Source: an uncultured bacterium (GTDB lineage Bacteria; Desulfobacterota_D; UBA1144; Nemesobacterales; UBA2774). From it: DNA of 64,000 bases. Location: positions 192,001 to 256,000 of the forward strand of contig CAVPJU010000003.1 in assembly GCA_963705505.1 (NCBI GenBank), read 5' to 3'. Under the pieces are notes generated by a model that worked only from the letters and a program-made list of their open reading frames with translations, was not told the origin of the DNA and did not search any database. The stretch's first letter is position 1; each line of letters opens with the position of its first letter. Position numbers and translations under genes: made by a program. Positions 48,765 to 59,867 of this stretch are shown piece by piece.

Positions 48765-49661
48765 ATGGACCAGCTCGTTCAAAATTTCAGGGATTATTTA
48801 AGTTCCGAAAGAAACTATTCAAAACACACAGTTAAGGCGTACATAACCGACATCGGCGAGTTCTGCCGCTTGATAAAAGAAAAAAAGTTGATCGACGATA
48901 AAGAAGGCCGTATAGATCTCGAAAAGCTCGACGAAACCCCGGTGAGGGCGTACATAAGCTGGCTCTATACCAGAAACTCGAGGACATCCATATCGAGGAA
49001 GCTGGCATCTGTGAGGACTTTCTTCGAGTTTTTAATAAGGAAAGGGGCGGTTAAAAATAACCTCGCAAAGCTCGTGCCCACGCCTCACGGAGAAAAGAGG
49101 CTCCCGACATTCCTCACTGTAGACGAAGTCGTCAAGCTTCTCGATATAGAGGGTTCGGGAGGAGCGCTTACCTTACGCGATATCGCAATACTCGAGCTCC
49201 TTTACTCAAGCGGCCTCCGGGTGAGCGAGCTCGTGGGGATCAATTTAAACGACCTCGATCTCGACAACCTTACGGTCAAGGTCCTGGGGAAGGGGAACAA
49301 GGAAAGGATCGTCCCCGTAGGCTCCAAGGCGGCCCAGGCGCTCAGGGAATATTTACACGCCAGGCTCGGCATGAATCCCGCAGCAGAACATTTATTCGTC
49401 AATTCCAGGGGCGGCAGGCTCAATGTCAGGAGTGTGGACAGAATAATCAAAAAATACGCCGTGCTTGCCGGGATACCTAAAAACGTGAGCCCTCACGTGC
49501 TCAGACATACGTTCGCGACACACCTTCTGGGGGGAGGCGCAGACCTCAGGGCAATACAGGAGATGCTCGGTCATAAGAGCCTCTCGACCACACAGAGATA
49601 CACGCATACGTCGATTGAAAAATTAATGGAAATTTACGATAAGACACACCCGAGAGCATAA
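48765..49661 (+). CDS. xerC: Tyrosine recombinase XerC
   Basis: [39 protein letters not shown]; xerC-hslV-hslU synteny. Confidence 0.9.
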   Translation: MDQLVQNFRDYLSSERNYSKHTVKAYITDIGEFCRLIKEKKLIDDKEGRIDLEKLDETPVRAYISWLYTRNSRTSISRKLASVRTFFEFLIRKGAVKNNLAKLVPTPHGEKRLPTFLTVDEVVKLLDIEGSGGALTLRDIAILELLYSSGLRVSELVGINLNDLDLDNLTVKVLGKGNKERIVPVGSKAAQALREYLHARLGMNPAAEHLFVNSRGGRLNVRSVDRIIKKYAVLAGIPKNVSPHVLRHTFATHLLGGGADLRAIQEMLGHKSLSTTQRYTHTSIEKLMEIYDKTHPRA

Positions 49662-49663
49662 TT

Positions 49664-50200
49664 ATGGAAAACTTCCACGGAACAACAATACTTTGCGTAA
49701 AGATCGGAGACAAGGTCGCGATGGCCGGGGACGGTCAGGTAACGCTCGGTCATGCCGCCGTTAAGCACTCCGCCAAAAAGGTAAGAAAGATATTCGAGGG
49801 GAAGGTGCTTGTGGGGTTCTCAGGGGCTACGGCAGACGCCATGACCCTCTTTGACAAGTTCGAGGCCAAACTAGAGGAGTTCAGAGGGAACCTCAAGAGG
49901 GCTGCCGTAGAGCTCGCAAGGGACTGGAGGACCGACCGGATACTGAGGAGGCTCGAAGCGCTACTGGCTGTAGCCGATAAAGAGAGCATGTTCCTCATAT
50001 CAGGGAGCGGGGACGTGCTCGAGCCCGACGATAACGTCGTTGCGGTCGGCTCGGGGGGCTCTTACGCCCAGGCAGCCGCAAAAGCGCTTTCCAGACACTC
50101 ACAGCTGAGCGCAAGGGAAATCGCGGAGGAGTCCCTGAAAATCGCGTCCGAAATATGCATTTACACTAACGACAAAATCACCGTAGAGGAACTTCAATAA
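49664..50200 (+). CDS. hslV: ATP-dependent protease subunit HslV
   Basis: GTTIL, GDGQVT, WRTDR.LRRLEA, GSGG, ICIYTN. Confidence 0.97.
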   Translation: MENFHGTTILCVKIGDKVAMAGDGQVTLGHAAVKHSAKKVRKIFEGKVLVGFSGATADAMTLFDKFEAKLEEFRGNLKRAAVELARDWRTDRILRRLEALLAVADKESMFLISGSGDVLEPDDNVVAVGSGGSYAQAAAKALSRHSQLSAREIAEESLKIASEICIYTNDKITVEELQ

Positions 50201-50201
50201 A

Positions 50202-51533
50202 ATGAGCAGCGAAACATTTTTCACTCCGAGAGAGATCGTCTCAGAGCTCGACAGGTACATCATCGGTCAGAATAAGGCAAAGCGAGCAGTGTCGATCGCT
50301 CTCCGCAACAGGTGGAGGCGCCAGCGCGTATCCCCCGAGCTAAAGGATGAAATCGCGCCCAAGAACATACTCATGATAGGCCCTACGGGAGTAGGTAAAA
50401 CCGAGATCGCAAGAAGGCTCGCAAAGCTCGCCCAAGCCCCGTTCCTTAAGGTCGAGGCGTCGAAATTCACGGAAGTAGGCTACGTGGGCAGGGACGTCGA
50501 GTCGATGATAAGAGACCTCGCCGACATAGCCATAAAAATGGTAACCGACGAAGAGAAGCATACGGTCAGGGCGAAAGCCGAAGACCAGGCCGAAGAAAGG
50601 ATGCTCGACCTCCTGTTCCCGACGGGGACGGGCTCGGAGACGCCGTCCGATACGAGCGGCGAGACGAGAGAGAAATTACGGAAGCTGCTCAGGGAAGGCA
50701 GGCTCGACGAAAGGTTCGTCGACATAGAGGTCACTTCAAAGAATTTCCCCATACAGGTGTTCTCCCCGACGGGTCTTGAGGAGATGGACGTAAACATCTC
50801 GGATATGCTCGGGAATCTTTTCCCGAAAAAAACAAAGAAGAGAAAGGTCAAGGTTCCCGATGCTATGGAAGTGCTCATCCAGGAAGAAGCGCAGAAGCTC
50901 ATCGATATGGACAACGTCGTCAAAATGGCGATCGACCGGGTCGAGCAGTCGGGGATAATATTCATAGACGAGATCGACAAGGTCGCGGGGCGGGAGAGCA
51001 CGGCAGGGCCGGACGTCTCGCGTGAAGGTGTGCAGAGGGACCTGCTTCCGATAATAGAAGGCTGCACCGTGAACACGAAGCACGGAATGGTGAGGACCGA
51101 TCACATATTATTCATCGGCGCGGGCGCATTCCACGTATCGAAGCCTTCGGACCTGATTCCCGAGCTCCAGGGCAGATTCCCTATAAGGGTCGAGCTTGAG
51201 CCCCTTACGACAGAGGACTTTGTAAATATCTTGACTCAGCCCAAGAACGCCCTCATAAAGCAGTACACGGAGCTCCTGAACACCGAAAAGATAGAACTCA
51301 CTTTCAAGGAAGACGCTATCCGGGAAATAGCCGAGACCGCTCAGACCGTCAACGAATCCACCGAGAACATAGGGGCGAGGAGGCTCCATACCATAATGGA
51401 GAGAATGCTCGACGATATTTCGTTCAACGCGCCAGACATGGCCGAGCAGAGTATAGTGATCGACGCGGCATACGTGAGGGAAAAGATCGCCGATATAGTC
51501 AAAGACAGAGACCTGAGCAGATATATCTTATAA
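50202..51533 (+). CDS. hslU: ATP-dependent protease ATPase subunit HslU
   Basis: [37 protein letters not shown]. Confidence 0.97.
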   Translation: MSSETFFTPREIVSELDRYIIGQNKAKRAVSIALRNRWRRQRVSPELKDEIAPKNILMIGPTGVGKTEIARRLAKLAQAPFLKVEASKFTEVGYVGRDVESMIRDLADIAIKMVTDEEKHTVRAKAEDQAEERMLDLLFPTGTGSETPSDTSGETREKLRKLLREGRLDERFVDIEVTSKNFPIQVFSPTGLEEMDVNISDMLGNLFPKKTKKRKVKVPDAMEVLIQEEAQKLIDMDNVVKMAIDRVEQSGIIFIDEIDKVAGRESTAGPDVSREGVQRDLLPIIEGCTVNTKHGMVRTDHILFIGAGAFHVSKPSDLIPELQGRFPIRVELEPLTTEDFVNILTQPKNALIKQYTELLNTEKIELTFKEDAIREIAETAQTVNESTENIGARRLHTIMERMLDDISFNAPDMAEQSIVIDAAYVREKIADIVKDRDLSRYIL

Positions 51534-51630
51534 GATCGCCCGTTAGCTCAATCGATTTGAGTACGAGTGAGCGTTATAGCCCGGACCTAAAGCTAAAGAA
51601 ATAGAATCGAACGATCACTTCACTGCAAAG

Positions 51631-52353
51631 CTATATTTTCTTCTGCCAGAGCGCTTTCCCGATGAAAAAAGGCCCCAGGCTCTCAAGGTACATCGATGTC
51701 TGCTTTGTCTTCCGCATCGATTGAATGAGGATCGAGAGAGGGTAAAGCTCCTTACCCAGAACCCCTATTACGAAGTCGTTATCGTTCTTGTCGAGACCGT
51801 GACAGGCAAGGCGGATGTCCTTTCCGTACCCAGCGTCCCCGAATTTAAAGCCGAGCTTCCCGTGCTCGCCGAGAACAGAACGCTGCTCTTCTGAGGACAG
51901 GGTTTCGAATAGCTTATTCCTCCTCAACGGATACCATATCACCCACGGAAGCCCGGGGTCGAGCACCCTTTCCCTGGGCCTGTCGATCAACACCTTTTCC
52001 AGGTCCGGCTCGTACCCGAACGAATAAGTCCTCCCCAGCATCGTGTATTCCGGTTTCGGTGTCAGCTCCGTGAAGGCCGAGCCATTTAGAAAGTCCCTCA
52101 GCTCTCCCACGAAGAAATCGGGGGCCTCGCTCACTGCCAGAAGGCCTATCCCGTAGGGGTCGTTTATGTCCGCATAAAGCGCGAAATCCAGGCCGGACTT
52201 CTTCAATTCTTCTATTAGTTTCAAGGTGTTATGGCAATTCCCGAAAGCGAGAAGCTGCATGAGCAGCCTCCTGTCCGAGGAAAGCACCGTACCGTCCTTC
52301 GCCCTCCCCTTCTCGCTTATATCCAGATCTGTGTGTTCCGTATCCGTAGACAT
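51631..52353 (-). CDS. Chlorite dismutase/coproheme decarboxylase (HemQ/ChdC)-family heme protein
   Basis: WYPLRR, EHGKLG, HGLD..DNDFV, MRKT..TS.Y...GPFFIG. Confidence 0.75.
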   Translation of the reverse strand: MSTDTEHTDLDISEKGRAKDGTVLSSDRRLLMQLLAFGNCHNTLKLIEELKKSGLDFALYADINDPYGIGLLAVSEAPDFFVGELRDFLNGSAFTELTPKPEYTMLGRTYSFGYEPDLEKVLIDRPRERVLDPGLPWVIWYPLRRNKLFETLSSEEQRSVLGEHGKLGFKFGDAGYGKDIRLACHGLDKNDNDFVIGVLGKELYPLSILIQSMRKTKQTSMYLESLGPFFIGKALWQKKI

Positions 52354-52646
52354 TTCAATACCTCCGAGATCATAAAATATAACAGGGAAACCGTGTATTG
52401 GCGATTGAGGAATTTCATCTCTCTCCCCGCTGAAAGACCGTTAAGACTGATATCAATATCCGCCTAACGGTCCCTCCGGGGAAATATTCTGTCCGTTTCA
52501 GCGGCTCTCGATTAAACCGTATCCGGCGATTACGGAAGCTCCGCAACTGTTGGCAATTATTATGCGCACACCAAAAGAATTTATTGGCATAAATACATAT
52601 TTACTTTATAATAATCAGCTTTCTTTTCCGGCGGAAAAAGAGGGAG

Positions 52647-53528
52647 ATGAAAAACCTAATACAGAAGGCAAAAACACTCGTAGAAGCCCTTCCCTACATT
52701 AAGGAATTCTACGGGCAGACGATAGTCATCAAATACGGCGGGAGCATAGGGGACGACGACCTTTCCAACTTCGCGCGCGACATAGTGCTCATGAAATATG
52801 TGGGCATCCACCCGGTCGTCGTTCACGGGGGCGGTCCCCAGATAGGGAGCCACCTCAAGAGACTGGGGATAGAGTCGAAATTTATCGCCGGACTCAGGGT
52901 GACGGACGAGGAGACGATGGAAGTCGTCGAGATGGTCCTCGTAGGGAAAGTCAACCAGAAGATAATAGAAACCATACATTCGATGGGCGGAAAAGCGGTC
53001 GGCACGTCGGGCAAGGAAGGGAAAATGATACTCGCGAGGAAGCTCGACGTGAAAAAGTTCGCGCTCGAGAACGGGCTCGACATACCGGAGGATGCCGATC
53101 TGGGTATGGTCGGAGAGGTCGAGTGCGTAAACCCACAGCTGATAAAGGTGCTCGAAAGCTCGGGCTTCATACCGATAATCGCGCCGATAGGGTTCGACGA
53201 AGAAGGGAAGACCTACAATATAAACGCGGACCACGTGGCCGGAAAGATCGCGGGGGCTCTCAAAGCCGCCAAATTGATACTCATGACGAATGTCCCCGGC
53301 ATAATGGACAAGGAAAAAAATCTCCTCTCGAGCATCACCGAATCACAGGCCAGGCACCTTATTAAAAAAGAGATCATCTCAAGCGGCATGATACCAAAAG
53401 TCATGTGCGCGATCGAAGCGCTCCACGACGGCGTGCAGAAGGTCCACATCATCGACGGAACTATCGAGCACTCGCTCATACTCGAAATATTCACCGACGC
53501 GGGAATCGGGACGGAGATACTGCTTTGA
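52647..53528 (+). CDS. argB: Acetylglutamate kinase
   Basis: EALPYI, KYGG, VHGGGPQI, GLRVTD, NINAD, GMIPK. Confidence 0.96.
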   Translation: MKNLIQKAKTLVEALPYIKEFYGQTIVIKYGGSIGDDDLSNFARDIVLMKYVGIHPVVVHGGGPQIGSHLKRLGIESKFIAGLRVTDEETMEVVEMVLVGKVNQKIIETIHSMGGKAVGTSGKEGKMILARKLDVKKFALENGLDIPEDADLGMVGEVECVNPQLIKVLESSGFIPIIAPIGFDEEGKTYNINADHVAGKIAGALKAAKLILMTNVPGIMDKEKNLLSSITESQARHLIKKEIISSGMIPKVMCAIEALHDGVQKVHIIDGTIEHSLILEIFTDAGIGTEILL

Positions 53529-54727
53529 GAACGGACGAGATAATTTCCGGAACTTCCGAATACATCATGAACACGTACGGCAGGTACCCGATCGCGATGG
53601 TCAGGGGAAAGGGCTGCTGGGTATGGGACGCCGACGGGAAAAAATACCTGGATTTCGTGACCGGCATAGCGGTAAACAACCTGGGCCACTGCCACCCGAA
53701 CGTAGTCCGGGCGATCTCCGAGCAGTCGAGAAAGCTCGTGCAGGTGTGCAACCTCTACCATATAGAGAAACAGGTCGAGTTCGCAAAGATGCTCGTCGAG
53801 AACTCGTTTGCGGACAAGGTGTTCTTCTGCAACAGCGGAGCCGAGGCGAACGAAGGGGCGATAAAGCTCGCAAGGAAGTGGGGGGGAGCCAACGGGGGGA
53901 GATATAAAATAGTACATGCCACCGATTCATTCCACGGAAGGACACTCGGCGCGCTGAGCGCTACGAACAAAAAATATCAGAAGGGCTTCAAACCCCTCGT
54001 GCCGGGATTCAAGGCCGTCCCGTACGGAAAGATAGAGCCTCTCGAAAAAGCTCTCGACGACGAAAAGGTCTGCGCCGTCATACTGGAGCCTATACAGGGC
54101 GAAAACGGCGTGATCATACCGTATAAAAATTTTCTAAGGGACGCGAGGAGACTCTGCAAGCGTAAAAACGTGCTCCTTATACTCGATGAAATACAGGTGG
54201 GGCTCGGCAGGACGGGGAGGCTCTTCGCCTACGAGCACCACGGGATAAAGCCCGATATCATGACCCTTGCAAAGGCACTGGGCGGCGGGATACCCTGCGG
54301 GGCGGTCCTCGCCACGGATGAAGTCGCGAGACATTTCTCGCCCGGAAATCACGGTACGACACTCGGCGGGAACCCCCTTGCGATGAGCGCGGGTATTGCC
54401 GTAATGAAGACAATTGTAGAGGACGGACTGCTCGACAATGCGGAGGGGACGGGGGAGTATTTTCTGAGCGGGCTCCGGTCGGTTAAAGAGGAGTACGGGG
54501 AGCTTATAAGGGACGTAAGGGGGAAAGGGCTGATACTGGGTATCGAATTCAGGAGCCCTGAAATCGCTAAGGAAGCGGTCGGGAAATGCACGAATAACGG
54601 ACTTATCACCATTCTCACCGAGCAGAAGGTGATGAGAATGCTCCCGCCTCTTATCGTGGGCAGGAAAGAGATAGATCACGCGATTAAAATAATCCGCAGG
54701 TCGCTTAAAGAGGTCCCTATTGCCTAG
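53525..54727 (+). CDS. argD: Acetylornithine aminotransferase
   Basis: TTG start overlapping argB stop; MNTYGR, NSGAEANE, FHGRT, DEIQ, LAKALGGG. Confidence 0.93.
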   Translation: MRTDEIISGTSEYIMNTYGRYPIAMVRGKGCWVWDADGKKYLDFVTGIAVNNLGHCHPNVVRAISEQSRKLVQVCNLYHIEKQVEFAKMLVENSFADKVFFCNSGAEANEGAIKLARKWGGANGGRYKIVHATDSFHGRTLGALSATNKKYQKGFKPLVPGFKAVPYGKIEPLEKALDDEKVCAVILEPIQGENGVIIPYKNFLRDARRLCKRKNVLLILDEIQVGLGRTGRLFAYEHHGIKPDIMTLAKALGGGIPCGAVLATDEVARHFSPGNHGTTLGGNPLAMSAGIAVMKTIVEDGLLDNAEGTGEYFLSGLRSVKEEYGELIRDVRGKGLILGIEFRSPEIAKEAVGKCTNNGLITILTEQKVMRMLPPLIVGRKEIDHAIKIIRRSLKEVPIA

Positions 54728-55634
54728 ACACTTCCTCAGTATATCGGACCTTTCAAAGAAGGAGCTCGAATCCCTTTTTAAAAGGGCCGCCAAGCTCAAG
54801 GCCGAAAAGAAATCGGGCAAGGCCCACACTACCCTTAAAGGTAAATCGATCGGGCTTATTTTCGAGAAGCTCTCGACGAGAACGAGGGTATCGTTCGAGG
54901 TCGCGATAAACGACCTCGGAGCAAACTCGCTCTATCTGAATCCGAACGATATGCAGCTTGGGAGGGGGGAAACTATTGCCGACACTGCAAAGATCCTTTC
55001 CTCCTACCTCGACGGCGTAATCCTGAGAACATATCAACAGGAGAGGCTCGAAGAATTTGCAAGGGCGGCAACCGTCCCCGTGATAAACGCGCTTACGGAC
55101 CTCGAGCACCCGACGCAGATAGTGTCCGACCTCTTTACAATTAAAGAAAAGGGCATCGACCTCGGAAAAATGAAGTTCGCATACATAGGCGACGGAAACA
55201 ACATAGTGAATTCGCTCATCGGAGCCGCTGCATTAATGGGCTTTCGACTCTCAATCGCGGCGCCCAAGGGATACGAGCCGGATTTGAGTGCGCGTGATAA
55301 AAAGGGGGGTATCGATGCCTCCAATATCGAGGTCGTAATCGACCCGGTAAAAGCTGCGGCCCATGCAGACGTTTTATACACGGACGTTTGGGTCAGCATG
55401 GGTCAGGAGAAAGATACCGGGAAGAGAAAGAAAGTCTTCAAGCCTTACCAATTAAATAAAAAGCTGCTTTCCTACGCGAAACCAGATGCTCTCGTAATGC
55501 ACTGCCTGCCTGCGCACAGGGGGGAGGAAATTACCGACGACGTCGCGGACGGACCCAACTCGATAATTTTCGAGCAGGCTGAGAACAAATTACACGCAGG
55601 CAAAGCCGTGCTCGAAATGTTTATGAAAAGCTGA
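54720..55634 (+). CDS. argF: Ornithine carbamoyltransferase
   Basis: STRTR, HPTQ, DVWVSMG, HCLPAHRG. Confidence 0.96.
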   Translation: MPRHFLSISDLSKKELESLFKRAAKLKAEKKSGKAHTTLKGKSIGLIFEKLSTRTRVSFEVAINDLGANSLYLNPNDMQLGRGETIADTAKILSSYLDGVILRTYQQERLEEFARAATVPVINALTDLEHPTQIVSDLFTIKEKGIDLGKMKFAYIGDGNNIVNSLIGAAALMGFRLSIAAPKGYEPDLSARDKKGGIDASNIEVVIDPVKAAAHADVLYTDVWVSMGQEKDTGKRKKVFKPYQLNKKLLSYAKPDALVMHCLPAHRGEEITDDVADGPNSIIFEQAENKLHAGKAVLEMFMKS

Positions 55635-55700
55635 GCATTCCAAGATTAAATCAGCCCCCTCGATACCAAAACCGGCAGGATCACCAAAACAGATAAGTAA

Positions 55701-55964
55701 TCAATAATCCTCGTCTATATTTATCGTGGGGTTGTACTCGATATTGAACGCCCTTCTTATGGGGTCGGAATTAAACACCCAGTAAGTACCCCTGACGAAT
55801 ACGCTCGTCAAAGCCAGAGGCGGTCTCAACGCCAGGCTCATGAGCTTGAAAGGATGAAGCGCGTCGCCCGGGTTGTATTTGTAGTCCGTTATCTGCGGAG
55901 CCTGGGCTCCGGCGGAAGAAGCGAAAAGCATAAGACCCAGTATTAAAACCGCAAAATATTTCAT
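55701..55964 (-). CDS. Small exported hypothetical protein
   Basis: AGGGGAG SD; MKYFAVLILGLMLFASSAGA signal peptide. Confidence 0.6.
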   Translation of the reverse strand: MKYFAVLILGLMLFASSAGAQAPQITDYKYNPGDALHPFKLMSLALRPPLALTSVFVRGTYWVFNSDPIRRAFNIEYNPTINIDEDY

Positions 55965-56226
55965 ATCCATCTCCCCTTTAAAGTAATTTATTAACTTCTT
56001 ATGCCAAATTATAAGTTCCATGCCGGAATTAGTCAATGGGGTAGAATCGCTGTACCAAACGGTTAAATTACATAGTTAAAGCAGAAAGTTACATCCTCCC
56101 TGTAAATCCGGCGGCCCGCCTTCCGGAAAAATGATCGTAATTTGTGCGGGCTGGTATAATATGAAAGACCACTTGCAAATAAATTGTAAAATTTATAGAA
56201 TTATAATCTTTGAGGTCAGCTATTAG

Positions 56227-57345
56227 ATGAGAAGGGGAGAAAAAGTTTATTACGTCAAGGATTTCATTCAAACCGTCCCTCTTCCCTCGCCCAAAAAGAT
56301 ATTCACCGAACTCGAGAAGCTTGGCTACAGGGGTCAGCCTCAGGCCAGAAAGGCAGTGTCGCTGGCCTCGTACAGGCACGTAAAAAGGTTGAAGCTCCTC
56401 CACATGAAAAATACGCCGAGGACCAGCCTGCCGCCGCGACCGAACACCATCCTGATGGGGCCTACCGGATGCGGCAAAACCTACCTCATCGAGCTTCTAT
56501 TCGGCGAGATATTCAAGCTCCCATTCGTTATCATAGACATGACTAAATTCACGGAATCGGGTTATGTAGGCGACGACGTCGTAAATATACTCGTGCAGCT
56601 CGTATATGCGGCCAACGAAAGCATAGACATAGCGGAATGCGGGGTTATAGTGCTCGATGAATTCGATAAGATAGCCGGCGCCTACAGCAGCGCCAGGTTT
56701 GCGGGGCAGGGCACAACGAAAGACGTCTCGGGGTACGGCGTTCAAAGGGAGCTCCTTAAAATCCTCGAAGGCACGGACGTCCAGATACCGCTTGACTTCG
56801 GGTTCTCGAGCAGGGGACCCCGCGCGCTCATCTCGACGCGTGATATCACCTTCTTTTCCGTAGGAGCATTTTCCGGCATAAGGGGCCTCCTTGAAAAAAG
56901 GGGATTGGGGTTCCTGCAGACGCTCGAGGAAAACAGGGGGGACGAGGACTCCATAGCGTATAATCTCACGGAGGAGGAAGCGGACGACATAACGAAGTTT
57001 CATCTGTTCGGGTTCCTCCCGGAGCTCATTTCGAGATTCAACAGGATCGTGCCGTTCACCCCGCTCCACAGAAACACGCTCAAGGAGATTATCCAGATCA
57101 AGATACAGAACTATCAGAGGGAATTCGAGGAAGAGGGGTTCAAGCTGCATATAGAACCCATGGTGATCGATTTCATAATCGAGGAAGCGCTCAGGAGACA
57201 GACGGGCGCAAGGGGCCTCGACGTCATCATATCGAAATACCTGGAAGAAGTGGCTTTCGAAACATTCGGCAAGAGCGACGAGGGAGAAGTCATACTTACA
57301 CTCGATTCGGGCGGGGTTTCGCACATAGTTAAGAGACGCGCATGA
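56227..57345 (+). CDS. ClpX-like AAA+ ATPase lacking the N-terminal zinc-binding domain
   Basis: GQ..A.K, GPTGCGKT, TESGYVGDDV, DEFDK, DVSG.GVQ..LLK, LGF, PELI.RF, TGARGL. Confidence 0.88.
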   Translation: MRRGEKVYYVKDFIQTVPLPSPKKIFTELEKLGYRGQPQARKAVSLASYRHVKRLKLLHMKNTPRTSLPPRPNTILMGPTGCGKTYLIELLFGEIFKLPFVIIDMTKFTESGYVGDDVVNILVQLVYAANESIDIAECGVIVLDEFDKIAGAYSSARFAGQGTTKDVSGYGVQRELLKILEGTDVQIPLDFGFSSRGPRALISTRDITFFSVGAFSGIRGLLEKRGLGFLQTLEENRGDEDSIAYNLTEEEADDITKFHLFGFLPELISRFNRIVPFTPLHRNTLKEIIQIKIQNYQREFEEEGFKLHIEPMVIDFIIEEALRRQTGARGLDVIISKYLEEVAFETFGKSDEGEVILTLDSGGVSHIVKRRA

Positions 57346-58649
57346 AGATATCGATTGTAAGCCTCGGCTGCTCCAAAAACCTTGTTGACAGCGAGATCAT
57401 CACGGGGGCGTTAAAAGCTGCCGGACACGAGATCTCGACTGAAGAAGACTCCGAAGTAATAATCGTCAATACATGCGGCTTCATCGGCGATGCAAAAAAG
57501 GAATCCGTCGATACCATACTCGAACTCTCGAAGAGGAAAGAGAACGGAAGCTGCCGGAAGCTGATCGTTACGGGGTGCCTTGTCGAAAGGTATTCAAAGG
57601 AGTTAAGCCGCGAGCTGCCGGAAGTGGACGCGTTCTGGGGCACGGGAAACCTGCTCAAGATCAATGAGGCCTTAAAGGATCTACCGGGTGAAAAAATACA
57701 CCTTAACCCGCCCGGGACTCTCTACGACCCCGATACGCCGAGAGTGCTCCTCACCCCGCCTCACTATGCTTATGTCAAGGTTTCCGAAGGATGCTCGAGG
57801 ACGTGCTCATTCTGCATAATCCCGAAAATGCGGGGCATAATGAAAAGCAGGACCGTCGAATCAATCGCCGGGGAAGTCAACAGCCTCGCGCTGCGCGGCG
57901 TAAGGGAGATAAACCTCATAGCCCAGGACATGACGAGCTACGGAAGGGACATCGGGACTAGCCTCGAGAATATGCTGAGAGCGCTCGCCGAAACAGACGG
58001 CATAAAGTGGATCAGGATTCATTACTGCTACCCGTGGGGGTTATCGGATTCGCTCATCGATCTCATTGCAGGGGAAGAAAAGATACTGCCGTACATCGAT
58101 ATGCCGCTTCAGCACATAAACGACAGGATACTGAGCCTGATGGACAGGAAGACACCCGCCAAGCGGATCAGGGATATAATTCGCAGGCTCAGAAGCCGTA
58201 TAGACGATTTGACCCTCCGCACGACTTTCATAGTGGGATTCCCCGGAGAGACCGATGAGGAATTCGAAGAGCTCCTGGATTTCGTCGAGGAAACCGGGTT
58301 CGACAGGGCGGGCGCATTCAAATACTCTCAGGAAGAAGGGACTCCCGCAGGCGGGATGCATCATCAGATACCCGACGAGGTAAAAGAAGAAAGATACGAG
58401 AGGCTCATGCAAGTCCAATCGGAAGTGTCACTGAGAAAAAATAATTCCCTTATCGGCTCGATACACGAAGGATTCATCGAGGGTAGAGAGAACGGGAACT
58501 ATATTGCAAGAATTCCCTCTCAGGCCCCTGAAGTGGACGGGCATACATATATTAAGCGAACTGACGTTTTAAGAACAGGCGACCTTGTGAAGTTAAGGAT
58601 TACCAAGGCGGATATATACGATCTTTACGCTGAAATCGTCCCGGTATAA
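57342..58649 (+). CDS. rimO: Ribosomal protein S12 methylthiotransferase
   Basis: SLGCSKNLVDSE, NTCGFI, CSRTCSFC, LIAQD, GFPGET, APEVDG. Confidence 0.95.
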   Translation: MKISIVSLGCSKNLVDSEIITGALKAAGHEISTEEDSEVIIVNTCGFIGDAKKESVDTILELSKRKENGSCRKLIVTGCLVERYSKELSRELPEVDAFWGTGNLLKINEALKDLPGEKIHLNPPGTLYDPDTPRVLLTPPHYAYVKVSEGCSRTCSFCIIPKMRGIMKSRTVESIAGEVNSLALRGVREINLIAQDMTSYGRDIGTSLENMLRALAETDGIKWIRIHYCYPWGLSDSLIDLIAGEEKILPYIDMPLQHINDRILSLMDRKTPAKRIRDIIRRLRSRIDDLTLRTTFIVGFPGETDEEFEELLDFVEETGFDRAGAFKYSQEEGTPAGGMHHQIPDEVKEERYERLMQVQSEVSLRKNNSLIGSIHEGFIEGRENGNYIARIPSQAPEVDGHTYIKRTDVLRTGDLVKLRITKADIYDLYAEIVPV

Positions 58650-58661
58650 AAGAATAAACCA

Positions 58662-59867
58662 CTAGCTGCGAGCGTCGTTTTCATCAAAGACCTGCCGGAT
58701 GCCGTAGGTCGTCGTCCTTTCGGCTGGTATCCTGCCTATCTCCCACGTAAGCCTTCTGAACTCCTCGGGCGGGAAGTACTGCCCGTAGCTCGCCCCGGCG
58801 GAGCGCGAAATCTGCTCTTCCATGAGCGTGCCGCCGAAATCGTTTGCGCCCGCGGTAAGGGAGAACTGTGCAAATTCGGGACCCTGTTTGACCCAGGAGA
58901 CCTGGATGTTGTTTATCCAGCCCCTGAGCATGAGCCTCGAAACTCCGTACATCTTGAGCTGGTTGAGATCGCCCGGACCCTCCTGCACCTTGCCCTTCGA
59001 ATGCTTATAGAGCCTCGTGTTCCAGGGTATGAATCTAAGGGGGACGAACTCCGTAAACCCTCCCGTTTCTTTCTGGATATCCCTTAAAATACCGATGTGC
59101 TCCGCCCAGTGGTGAGGCTTGTCCACATGGCCGTACATTATGGTGGAAGTCGTACGCATGCCAGCCCTATGGGCTTTCTTGACTATCCTTATCCATGCTT
59201 CGGTCGGCATCTTCCTCGGGGCGATTATCTTCCTTACCTCTTCGACGAGTATTTCGGCTGCAGTACCGGGGAAGGTATTGTGGCCGACGTCTTTTAATCT
59301 GTCGATGAACTCCTCTTCGCTGATACCGAGGGTCTCCGCGCCGTAATAAATCTCAAACGGCGAGAAGGCGTGCGTGTGCATTTCGGGGACAGCCCTCTTA
59401 ACAGCCTTAATAAGCTCTATATAGAAATTACCGTCGATATCAGGATGCATACCGCCCTGCATGCAGACCTCTGTCGCACCTATATCCCAGGCCTCCTTCA
59501 CCTTGTCTGCTATCTCGTCCATAGAAAGAAAGTACGCCCTCTCGTCCCCCTCCGGGGCCATGAAATTGCAGAAGCCGCAATAGGTGTTGCAAATATTCGT
59601 GAAGTTTATATTCCTGTTTACCACATAAGTAACGACGTCCCCCACGTCCTCCTTCCTTATCTCGTCTGCGGTTATAGCGAGAGCGGAGAGCTCGTCAGGA
59701 TCGGTTATGTTAAACAGATCCTCCGCCTCCCGGACGGAAATCTCCTCGCCTGACAGTGATTTGTTCAATATCCTGCCGGTGGTTCCGTTGACCTTTCCCA
59801 GAATGCCGTCAAGCCCCAGGCTCCTGTTCTCTTCAATCCGTTCGACTGCCTCTTTAATATGCTCCAT
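58662..59867 (-). CDS. cofH: FO synthase subunit CofH (radical SAM)
   Basis: NRNINFTNIC...CGFC, HAFSPFEI, GTAAEIL, GGFTEFVPL, NIQVSWVK; overlaps cofG. Confidence 0.9.
   Translation of the reverse strand: MEHIKEAVERIEENRSLGLDGILGKVNGTTGRILNKSLSGEEISVREAEDLFNITDPDELSALAITADEIRKEDVGDVVTYVVNRNINFTNICNTYCGFCNFMAPEGDERAYFLSMDEIADKVKEAWDIGATEVCMQGGMHPDIDGNFYIELIKAVKRAVPEMHTHAFSPFEIYYGAETLGISEEEFIDRLKDVGHNTFPGTAAEILVEEVRKIIAPRKMPTEAWIRIVKKAHRAGMRTTSTIMYGHVDKPHHWAEHIGILRDIQKETGGFTEFVPLRFIPWNTRLYKHSKGKVQEGPGDLNQLKMYGVSRLMLRGWINNIQVSWVKQGPEFAQFSLTAGANDFGGTLMEEQISRSAGASYGQYFPPEEFRRLTWEIGRIPAERTTTYGIRQVFDENDARS

Noticed and set aside
48765..49661. Tyrosine recombinase as a phage or island integrase
   Set aside because: Size, motifs and xerC-hslV-hslU context indicate chromosomal XerC; no att repeats or mobile genes seen.
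51537..51590. tRNA-like 5' fragment CGCCCGTTAGCTCAATCG...GAGTAC after hslU
   Set aside because: Resembles an acceptor/D-arm start but lacks the D-loop GG, a GTTCRA T-arm and a complementary 3' acceptor strand; at most a remnant.
52555..52615. ARG-box-like AT-rich sequence before argB
   Set aside because: Only a partial match (GCATAAATACAT) with poor symmetry; cannot be supported.
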